A stretch of 64,000 nucleotides of DNA from Frankiaceae bacterium (GTDB taxonomy: Bacteria > Actinomycetota > Actinomycetes > BP-191), in contig DATLNJ010000055.1 of NCBI GenBank assembly GCA_035536815.1, positions 923 to 64,922 of the forward strand. The letters run 5' to 3'. This document shows, piece by piece, positions 6,834 to 14,027 of the stretch. Below the pieces are notes generated by a model. That model saw only the letters and a program-made list of their open reading frames with translations. It did no database searches and was not told the origin of the DNA. The translations under genes and the position numbers were made by a program. Each line of letters starts with the position of its first letter. The stretch's first letter is position 1.

Positions 6834-9563
6834 ATGCCCATTGCTCTCGGCCGTTTCGTCGTGCCTGTGATCGCGGTTGCCGCGGTCGCGTTGGGCACGC
6901 AGGCCGTTGTCGCCACGCCTACCGTTCCGGCGGCGTCGTCGCCGCAGGCGGTGGCGCCGTTCGCCACGGTGTCGACCGGCACGAAGGCGGTGTTCGTGCC
7001 GGTGACGCAGCGCCGGGTGCTGAGCACGACGTCGATCTCGCCGACGGCGCCGCGCAAGGTGACGGTGGCGGGGGTGGCGGGGGTGCCGGCGGACGCGACC
7101 GCGGTGGTGGTGAACGTCGCGGCGGTGAAGCCGGCGAAGGCGGGCTTTCTGGTGGCGTACCCGTCGGGGACGTCGCGGCCGGCGACGGTGTTCACGCTGA
7201 CGTACGCGGCTGGGCAGGTCGACGAGAGCGTCGCGACGGTGAAGGTCGGGTCGTTGCGGCAGATCGTCGTCTACGCGTCGACGACGGCGCCGGTGGTGGT
7301 GGACGTGGTCGGCTACTACGTGAACCACAACCACGACGACGCGTATCTGACGAAGGCGCAGGCGCAGGGCCGCACCGCCGCCAACTCGTTCCTCTGCCCG
7401 ACGGGCTCGCTCATCAAGTCGGTCGCGGCCGACGGCGCGACGACCTGCGTGCAGGACGCCACCGGTCCGGTGAGCTCGGTGGGTGGCGGGCTGCTGCTCG
7501 ACAACGGGGTGTTGAGCGGGCAGGGCCGGAGCGCGGCGAACGCGTTCACCTGCCCCGCGGGGCAGTACCTGCGCTCAGTCGCCGCGGACGGCACCCCGAC
7601 CTGCGACGCGGACCAGCTCGGCGAGGCCGGCACGACGTACTCGGCGGGCTTCGGGATGCTGCTGGTCGGCAACGTGTTCTCGGCGGAGCAGGGGCGCAGC
7701 GCGGTCAACGCGTTCACCTGCCCGGCCGGCCAGTACCTCCAGGCGGTCGCCGCCAACGGCGCGCCGACGTGCGTGACGGACAAGGACACCGACACCGACA
7801 CGAATACGACGTACGGCGCGGGCTTCGGGCTGCTGCTGACGGACGGGGTGTTCTCGGCGGAGCAGGGTCGCAGCGCGGCGAGCGCGTTCACCTGCGCGGT
7901 GGGCCAGTACCTCCAGTCGGTGGCCGCTAACGGCGCCCCGACCTGCGCCCTCGACAAGGACACCAACACGACCTACAGCGCGGGCGTCGGCCTGTTGCTG
8001 AACAACGGCGTGTTCTCCGCCGACCGCAGCGCGATGAACGCCTACGCCTGCCCGACGGGCTACTACCTCCAGGCGATCGCGCCCAACGGCGCCCCGACCT
8101 GCGGCCTCGAGAGGGACACCAACACCACCTACAGTGCGGGCGTAGGGCTGCTGCTGAGCAACGGCGTCTTCTCCGCCGACCGCAGTGCCGTCAGCGCGTA
8201 CACCTGCCCGGCGGGTCAGTACCTGCAGGCGGTCGCCGCCAACGGCGCCCCGACCTGCGTGACCGACAAGGACACGACGTACGCCGCGGGCCCGGGCCTG
8301 TCGCTGGCGAACGGCACGTTCACCGCGGAGCAGCGGCGCAGCGTGCAGAACGCGTTCACCTGCCCGCCGGGTCAGTACCTGCGGGTCGTCGCGGCGGACG
8401 GCACGCCGACCTGCGCGGCCGACATGGACACCGACACGAACACGACGTACTCGGCCGGGTTCGGCCTGCTGCTGGCGAACGGCGTCTTCTCGGCGCAGCA
8501 GGGGCGCAGCGCGGCCAACGCGTTCACCTGCGGCATCGGCGAGTTCCTGCGCTCGGTCGCCGCCGACGGGACGCCGACCTGTGCCATCGACAAGGACACG
8601 ACGTACACCGCCGGCTCCGGCATCTCGATCACCGGCAGCACGATCTCCGCGCAGCAGTCGCGGACGGCGGCGAACGCGTTCACCTGCCCGGCCGGCCAGG
8701 CGCTGCGGGTCGTGGGCGCCGACGGCGCCCCGACCTGCGTGGCGGTGCCGGCGTACACGGCGGGTCCGGGCCTGACGCTGAACGGCAGCACGTTCAGCTC
8801 GTCGTACGGGCCGACCGTGATCCCGATCCGCGCGGACGGCACGCCCGCGCAGAACGGCACGGCGCTCCGCAACGCGATGACCGCGGTGACCGGCGCCACC
8901 GAGCAGACTCCGTACGTCCTGGCGCTGGCGCCGGGCACCTACGACCTCGGCGCCGGCTCCAGCCTCGCGGCGCTGACCATGAAGCCGTACGTCTCGGTCG
9001 TCGGCGCGGGCCGCGGGTTCACGACGATCACGGGAGGCGTCGTCAGCCAGTCCGGCGGCCTCGTCAACCTCGGCAACAACACGACGCTCTCCGGCGTCAC
9101 GGTGCGCAACGCGGTCCCGACCGGGGTGAGCTGGGCGACGGCGATCATGTCCAACGGCGCCAACACCGCCCGGCTGCTCGACGTGCACGGGTACGCGTCG
9201 CAAGACGGCGGCGAGACGTACGGGCTGCTCGCGTTCGCCGGCAGCAACATCTCGGTCGAGAACTCACAGTTCACCGTGGTCAACCCGACCGCGACCGGCA
9301 CCGGCATCTACTCGGTCACGAACGCCACGGTGCGGGCCCGCAACGTCGAGGTCAGCCACGGCGCGGTCAGTGGCTGGGCGCTGCGCGTCTCCAACGCCTC
9401 GCGCATCGAGTTCGCCGACGGTTACGCCAACGGCGCGGTCCACCGTGCCACCCCCGACTCGGTCGTCCACCTCATGCACAGCAAGGTCGACGGCGCCGTC
9501 ACGGGCGGGGTGCAGTGCTTCGGGACCTTCACCTCGGCGATGGCGGCCGCGACCTGCGCGTGA
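6834..9563 (+). CDS. secreted repeat protein (fibre/adhesin-like), paralogue 2, 909 aa
   Basis: ATG at 6834 is positionally equivalent to 3822 (GGGAG RBS). The first ~190 aa are nearly identical to paralogue 1. It has 9 Cys-loop repeats and a diverged beta-helix-like C-terminal module. Confidence 0.85.
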   Translation: MPIALGRFVVPVIAVAAVALGTQAVVATPTVPAASSPQAVAPFATVSTGTKAVFVPVTQRRVLSTTSISPTAPRKVTVAGVAGVPADATAVVVNVAAVKPAKAGFLVAYPSGTSRPATVFTLTYAAGQVDESVATVKVGSLRQIVVYASTTAPVVVDVVGYYVNHNHDDAYLTKAQAQGRTAANSFLCPTGSLIKSVAADGATTCVQDATGPVSSVGGGLLLDNGVLSGQGRSAANAFTCPAGQYLRSVAADGTPTCDADQLGEAGTTYSAGFGMLLVGNVFSAEQGRSAVNAFTCPAGQYLQAVAANGAPTCVTDKDTDTDTNTTYGAGFGLLLTDGVFSAEQGRSAASAFTCAVGQYLQSVAANGAPTCALDKDTNTTYSAGVGLLLNNGVFSADRSAMNAYACPTGYYLQAIAPNGAPTCGLERDTNTTYSAGVGLLLSNGVFSADRSAVSAYTCPAGQYLQAVAANGAPTCVTDKDTTYAAGPGLSLANGTFTAEQRRSVQNAFTCPPGQYLRVVAADGTPTCAADMDTDTNTTYSAGFGLLLANGVFSAQQGRSAANAFTCGIGEFLRSVAADGTPTCAIDKDTTYTAGSGISITGSTISAQQSRTAANAFTCPAGQALRVVGADGAPTCVAVPAYTAGPGLTLNGSTFSSSYGPTVIPIRADGTPAQNGTALRNAMTAVTGATEQTPYVLALAPGTYDLGAGSSLAALTMKPYVSVVGAGRGFTTITGGVVSQSGGLVNLGNNTTLSGVTVRNAVPTGVSWATAIMSNGANTARLLDVHGYASQDGGETYGLLAFAGSNISVENSQFTVVNPTATGTGIYSVTNATVRARNVEVSHGAVSGWALRVSNASRIEFADGYANGAVHRATPDSVVHLMHSKVDGAVTGGVQCFGTFTSAMAAATCA
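7344..8805 (+). repeat. in-frame tandem coding repeats (9 copies) inside fibre gene 2
   Basis: Nine C-x16-C modules counted in the translation. Boundaries are approximate. Confidence 0.8.
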
Positions 9564-9597
9564 CGGGACGGTCACGGCGCGGGGTAGCCTCCGCGCC

Positions 9598-10245
9598 GTG
9601 ACCGACACCAACCGCGAGGCCGTCGTCGAGCTGCTCGGGGCGCTGGCGTACGGCGAGCTGACGGCGTTCGAACGGCTCGCCACCGACTCGGCGATGGCGC
9701 CCACGCTGACCGACAAGGCGGCGCTGGCGGCGATGGCGGTGGCGGAGTTCCACCACCACGAGCGGCTGGTCGGGCGGCTGTCGGCGATGGGCGTGGACCC
9801 CGAGGAGGCGATGGCGCCGTTCGTCGACGCGCTCGACGAGTTCCACGCGATGACGGCGCCCAGCGACTGGTACGAGGGCTTGATCAAGGCGTACGTCGGC
9901 GACGGGCTGGCCGCCGACTTCTACCGGGAGATCGCGACGGTGCTGGACCCGGACACCCGCGACTTCGTGCTCGACGTGCTGGCCGACACGGGGCACTCGG
10001 CGTTCGCCGTCGACCGGGTCCGCGCCGCCATCGACGCCGACCCGGCCATCGCCGGCCGGCTGGCGCTCTGGGCACGGCGGCTGGTCGGCGAGGCGCTCAC
10101 GCAGGCGCAGCGAGTGGCCGTACGCAGGGACGCGCTCGCCAACCTCATCGTCGAGAGCGGCAACCTCGCCGAGATCGGCCGGATGCTCGCCCGGATCACC
10201 GACCGGCACAGCGAGCGGATGGTCGCATTGGGGCTTTCGGGGTAG
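9598..10245 (+). CDS. ferritin-like (MiaE-like fold) domain protein
   Basis: GTG at 9598, just after the fibre-2 stop. The sequence is helical, with E/H-rich AYGELTAFERL ... AEFHHHERL pairs typical of di-iron ferritin-like proteins. Confidence 0.7.
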   Translation: MTDTNREAVVELLGALAYGELTAFERLATDSAMAPTLTDKAALAAMAVAEFHHHERLVGRLSAMGVDPEEAMAPFVDALDEFHAMTAPSDWYEGLIKAYVGDGLAADFYREIATVLDPDTRDFVLDVLADTGHSAFAVDRVRAAIDADPAIAGRLALWARRLVGEALTQAQRVAVRRDALANLIVESGNLAEIGRMLARITDRHSERMVALGLSG

Positions 10246-10301
10246 CGGGCCGGTATTCGGTAGCATCCCGGCGTCACCTGGGCAGCGTGGAGAGGGACGG
10301 C

Positions 10302-10646
10302 ATGGGTCGCGCGTACGACGCGTGGAAGAAGGTCCGCGAGGCGTGGGTCACGGCCGACGCCGAGTCGCTGCTCGACGTGTACGCCGCGGACGGCGTGTAC
10401 CTCGAGGCGCTCAACCCGCCGCACGAGGGGCGGGAGATGATCCGCGGCTACCTCGACGACTTCCTCACCGCGCGCCCGAACGTCGAGATCACCGAGACGC
10501 GCGTGATCGACGGTGGCGATGCCGTCGCCGTCGAGTGGCTGCTGTCGTACGACCAGCCGACGCGCCGCGCGACGAACCTGCGCCGCTGCTCGATCCTCTC
10601 CGTCAACGATGCCGGCGAGGTCGTGTACCACCGCGACTACACGTAG
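10302..10646 (+). CDS. SnoaL-like / NTF2-fold protein
   Basis: ATG at 10302 follows GGAGAGGGA. An alternative in-frame GTG lies at 10287. The size (~115 aa) and the pattern VDGVYLE...GREMIRGYL...VAVEW fit the NTF2-like family. Confidence 0.7.
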   Translation: MGRAYDAWKKVREAWVTADAESLLDVYAADGVYLEALNPPHEGREMIRGYLDDFLTARPNVEITETRVIDGGDAVAVEWLLSYDQPTRRATNLRRCSILSVNDAGEVVYHRDYT

Positions 10647-10695
10647 CCGCACCGCACGCTCTTGTTCGTGTGTCGGCACCGGGGCATGTTCGTGT

Positions 10696-10719
10696 CGGCA
10701 CCGGGGCCGTCCGGTGCCG
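10696..10719. terminator. hairpin between convergent genes (CGGCACCGG-ggccgt-CCGGTGCCG)
   Basis: Perfect 9-bp stem read from the sequence. It lies between the stop at 10646 (+) and the stop at 10818 (-). There is no U-tract. Confidence 0.4.
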
Positions 10720-10817
10720 CTAGGGTCGCTGCGCTCCTTTAGACGCGGCACCGGACGGCCCCGGCGCCGCTCCCGTCCCCGCGCCGCTCGCCAAACCGCG
10801 CGCTCCGGTCCCCCCGC

Positions 10818-11042
10818 TCAGACGCGGCCGAAGCCGACTTTGCGGTCGTCGGGCTTCGCGACTTCGAGGTAGGCGATCTTGTCGACCGGGATCACCACGC
10901 GGTGGCCCTTCTCGTCCACCAGGCTGAACACGCCGCCGTCCACGAGGGCCTTGCTCAGCGCCTTCTCGACGTCCTCCGGCGACTTCTCGGTCTCCACGAC
11001 GAGCTCGCGGGGTGCGTACACCACGCCGATCTTGACCTCCAC
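10818..11042 (-). CDS. DUF3107-family protein (TB9.4-like)
   Basis: (M)EVKIGVVYAPRELVVETEKSPEDVEKAL...GHRVVIPVDKIAYLEV matches my recollection of the DUF3107 pattern. The second GTG (11042) sits 6 nt after GGAGG. Confidence 0.85.
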   Translation of the reverse strand: MEVKIGVVYAPRELVVETEKSPEDVEKALSKALVDGGVFSLVDEKGHRVVIPVDKIAYLEVAKPDDRKVGFGRV

Positions 11043-11255
11043 CACGTACCTCCGCGTCGTCGTCTCGCTGCTCGTCCCGAGGCTAGTCGATCCGCGCGCC
11101 GCGACGCTGCCCGGTACGCCGAGGGCGTAGCACTGCCCTGTCCGCCGCGGTACTGGCGAGGCGGGTGCGGGCCGGGCTACGGTCGGGGTCCCTACCTACG
11201 GCTGGCGCGCGGCGTCCAGCGGCCTCGCCCCGGCCCCTACCCGGAGAGGACCCCA

Positions 11256-11444
11256 GTGTCCAAGCGCACCCTGCGGCTCAAGAAGGAGTCGCTCACCCCG
11301 CTCGACAACGACAGCCTCGGCTCGGTCGTCGGCGGGATCAGCCTGCCCAGCCCGCAGTGCCTGCCGTACACGTTCCAGATCCCGTGCATCAACGACCTCA
11401 GCTTCGAGATCTGCCCGACGCTGCCCGTCGAGGACTGCCTCTGA
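11256..11444 (+). CDS. 62-aa RiPP/bacteriocin-like precursor peptide candidate (double-glycine leader, 4-Cys core)
   Basis: GGAGAGGA RBS lies 5 nt before the GTG at 11256. Leader is SKRTLRLKKESLTPLDNDSLGSVVGG and core is ISLPSPQCLPYTFQIPCINDLSFEICPTLPVEDCL. It lies inside a longer track ORF (10902..11444). Confidence 0.55.
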   Translation: MSKRTLRLKKESLTPLDNDSLGSVVGGISLPSPQCLPYTFQIPCINDLSFEICPTLPVEDCL

Positions 11445-11475
11445 CGGCCGCGCGCTGAGCCGCGAGCCCCCGGCG

Positions 11476-12123
11476 CTACGGCGTGCGGGGGCCGCGGGAC
11501 AGGCCGCGCCAGGCCAGGGAGACGAGCAGGTCCACCGCCCGCTCCTTCGACACGGAGCCGCCGGAGTTCAGCCACCAGCGGGCCGACACCTCGGCCAGCC
11601 CGGTGAGGCCGACGGAGAGCATCCGCGCCTCGGCCGCGCCGACGCCGGTGTCCTTCGCGATGGTGTCCGCGATGGCGTCGACGCAGGACCCGAGCGCGCG
11701 TTCGATCCGCTCGTTCACGGTGGGCTCGTTGCGCAGGTCGCTCTCGAACACCAGCCGGTACGCCGACCCCTTGGCGTCCACGAAGTCGAAGTACGTCGTG
11801 ATCGCGCCGCGGACGCGTTCCCTGTTGTCGTCCGTCGCGTCGAGCGCGGCCCGGATGCGGGTGACCAGGTCCTCGACCTGCGCGTCGAGCAGCGCGAGGT
11901 AGAGCTCCAGCTTGCTCGGGAAGTGCTGGTAGAGGACCGGCTTGCTGACGCCGGCATGCTCGGCGATCTCGTCCATCAACGTCGCGTGGTAGCCCTGCGC
12001 GACGAACACCTCGAGCGCCGCGTCGAGCAGCTGCGCGCGGCGCGCGTTACGGGGGAGGCGGCCGCCGCGGGGTGTCGCCGCGCGCTTGGCGGGGGTGGCG
12101 GGGCGGACCTGAGCGCGTGCCAT
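11476..12123 (-). CDS. TetR-family transcriptional regulator
   Basis: ATG at 12123 (MARAQV...). HTH region LLDAALEVFVAQGYHATLMDEIAEHAGVSKPVLYQHFPSK. Confidence 0.9.
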   Translation of the reverse strand: MARAQVRPATPAKRAATPRGGRLPRNARRAQLLDAALEVFVAQGYHATLMDEIAEHAGVSKPVLYQHFPSKLELYLALLDAQVEDLVTRIRAALDATDDNRERVRGAITTYFDFVDAKGSAYRLVFESDLRNEPTVNERIERALGSCVDAIADTIAKDTGVGAAEARMLSVGLTGLAEVSARWWLNSGGSVSKERAVDLLVSLAWRGLSRGPRTP

Positions 12124-12151
12124 CGTGCGTTCTCGCCTCCCTTGGTCGCGG

Positions 12152-12164
12152 AGCATCGTATGCT
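12152..12164. promoter_or_regulatory. candidate TetR operator palindrome AGCAT-cgt-ATGCT
   Basis: Perfect 5-3-5 inverted repeat in the 84-bp divergent TetR / acyl-CoA dehydrogenase intergenic region. Confidence 0.35.
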
Positions 12165-12207
12165 ACTCGTCGGTAACTTCCCGATGTCCCCCGCCCGGAG
12201 GCACCCC

Positions 12208-13416
12208 GTGACGTTCTCGCTCGCTTTCACCGAGGAGCAGGTTGCTACCCAGAAGTGGGCGCACGAGTTCGCTGAGCGGGAGATCCGGCCGGTCGCCGCG
12301 CACTACGACGAGACCGAGGACTTCCCGTGGCCGGTCGTCGAGAAGGCGCGTGAGGTCGGGCTGTACGGCCTCGACTACTACCAGATGGCCGGCTCCGACG
12401 AGAGCGGCCTCACCTCCGCGATCGTCTCCGAGGAGATGACCTGGGGGTGCGCCGGCATCACGCTGGCGATCTTCGGCACCGGCCTCGCGCTGGCCGGGCT
12501 GGCCGGCAACGGCACGCCGGAGCAGTTCGCGACGTGGGCGCCGAAGATGTTCGAGAAGGAGGACGGCTCGATCGCGCTCGGCGCGTTCGGCGTCACCGAG
12601 CCGGGCGCCGGCTCCGACGTCTCCTCGCTGCGGACCCGCGCGGAGAAGGTCGAGGGCGGCTGGCTGCTCAACGGCACCAAGGTCTTCATCACGAACGGCG
12701 GCATCGCCGACGTGCACGTCGTCGTCGCGACCGTCGACCCGGCGCTCGGGCACAAGGGGCAGGCGACGTTCGTCATCCCGCCCGGCACCGAGGGCTGCGC
12801 CGGTGGCAAGAAGGAGAAGAAGCTCGGCATCCGCGCCTCGCACACCGCCGAGGTCGTGCTGACCGACTGCTTCGTGCCGGACGACTGCCTGCTCGGCGGC
12901 GAGGACGTGCTGCGCCGCAAGATGGAGTCGGCCAAGACCGGCCAGTCCACCCGGAAGTCGGGCGCGCTGTCGACGTTCGAGGCGACCCGGCCGCTGGTCG
13001 GCGCGCAGGCGCTCGGCATCGCGCGGGCGGCGTTCGAGTTCTCGCGTGACTACGCGAAGGAGCGGATCGCGTTCGGCAAGCCGATCATCAGCAACCAGGG
13101 GATCGCGTTCAAGCTGGCCGACATGGCGATGGAGATCGACTGCGCCCGGCTGCTCGTGCACCGCGCCGCGTGGATGGGCCGCGCCGGGGTGCCGTTCAAG
13201 CAGGCCGAGGGCTCGATGTCGAAGCTCAAGGCCGGCGAGGTCGCGGTCAAGGTGACCGACGAGGCGATCCAGATCCTCGGCGGCTACGGCTACGTGAAGG
13301 ACTACCCGGTCGAGAAGTGGCACCGGGACTCGAAGATCTACACGATCTTCGAGGGGACGTCCGAGATCCAGCGGCTGGTCATCTCGCGCGCGGTGGCGGC
13401 GGCCTCCGGGTCGTAG
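12208..13416 (+). CDS. acyl-CoA dehydrogenase
   Basis: GTG at 12208 lies 6 nt after GGAGG; an alternative ATG lies at 12184. Typical ACAD blocks are present: GLYGL, FGVTEPGAGSD, WLLNGTKVFITNG, ILGGYGYVKDYPVEKWHRDSKIYTIFEGTSEIQR. Confidence 0.9.
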   Translation: MTFSLAFTEEQVATQKWAHEFAEREIRPVAAHYDETEDFPWPVVEKAREVGLYGLDYYQMAGSDESGLTSAIVSEEMTWGCAGITLAIFGTGLALAGLAGNGTPEQFATWAPKMFEKEDGSIALGAFGVTEPGAGSDVSSLRTRAEKVEGGWLLNGTKVFITNGGIADVHVVVATVDPALGHKGQATFVIPPGTEGCAGGKKEKKLGIRASHTAEVVLTDCFVPDDCLLGGEDVLRRKMESAKTGQSTRKSGALSTFEATRPLVGAQALGIARAAFEFSRDYAKERIAFGKPIISNQGIAFKLADMAMEIDCARLLVHRAAWMGRAGVPFKQAEGSMSKLKAGEVAVKVTDEAIQILGGYGYVKDYPVEKWHRDSKIYTIFEGTSEIQRLVISRAVAAASGS

Positions 13417-13437
13417 CCGCCGCCACCCCGCGGCGCG

Positions 13438-13959
13438 TCAGAGCGTGACGCGGACGTTCAGCAGGCAGCCGCCGAGCCAGAACGTCACCGGTCCGACGGA
13501 GGTCGGCGCGGTCGGCGCGCAGCCGATCGAGCTCGTGATCACCGGGACGTAGGGCACCTGGAGGAACAGCGAGAGCCCCGCGCCGCCAGGGATGCCCGGC
13601 GAGACGGTCGGGATGCCGCCGTAGACGGACGGGAAGCCGGTCGAGCTGATCCGCACGCCGTACTCCGGCAGCGTGATCGTCGCCAGCGTGGCGCCGGACG
13701 AAGAGACGAGCGCGCCGGGGACGATGAGGTACACGGTCTCGCAGGTCGGCAGGCAGACGTTGCCGAGCGGGACGCGGAATGCCCCGGTGCCGACGGGCCC
13801 GGCGACCGGAGTGCCGACGGGGATCGTCGTGGCCGTGGTGATGACGCAGACCAGGTCGCTGGACACGCACTGGTGGCTGGCGGCGGCCGGCGCCGCGGTC
13901 GCGGCGACCGTCCCGAGCGTGAACGTGAGGGTGGTCAGGGCCTTGGCAAGGATGCGCAC
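13438..13959 (-). CDS. small secreted Cys-containing hypothetical protein
   Basis: GTG at 13959 lies 6 nt after AGGAGG. Signal peptide VRILAKALTTLTFTLGTVAATAAPAAA. The mature part is Gly/Pro/Val/Thr-rich with 6 Cys. Confidence 0.6.
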   Translation of the reverse strand: MRILAKALTTLTFTLGTVAATAAPAAASHQCVSSDLVCVITTATTIPVGTPVAGPVGTGAFRVPLGNVCLPTCETVYLIVPGALVSSSGATLATITLPEYGVRISSTGFPSVYGGIPTVSPGIPGGAGLSLFLQVPYVPVITSSIGCAPTAPTSVGPVTFWLGGCLLNVRVTL

Positions 13960-14027
13960 GTGGTGCCTCCTGAGGGGGTAGGGAGGCACTGAGTCCACCA
14001 GTCGCGCGTGGGGCGCGGCAAGGGAGG

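Noticed and set aside
3306-7334. 1342-aa minus-strand ORF, plus many other long ORFs in the track (e.g. 595..2493-, 35985..39362-, 41093..44641-, 44619..48074-, 48531..51305-, 32229..34337-, 38713..40893-)
   Set aside because: Their translations are dominated by Arg/Pro/Gly/Ala/His runs and lack any recognisable motif. Each lies antisense or out of frame to an ORF with clear family signatures and GC3-biased codon usage. These are typical shadow ORFs of a >70% GC genome.
4300-8800. Regularly spaced ~140-bp repeats that could be mistaken for a CRISPR-like or satellite array
   Set aside because: The repeats are in frame inside two long CDSs, are imperfect, have no unique spacers of constant size, and no cas genes are present. 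They are protein-coding tandem repeats.
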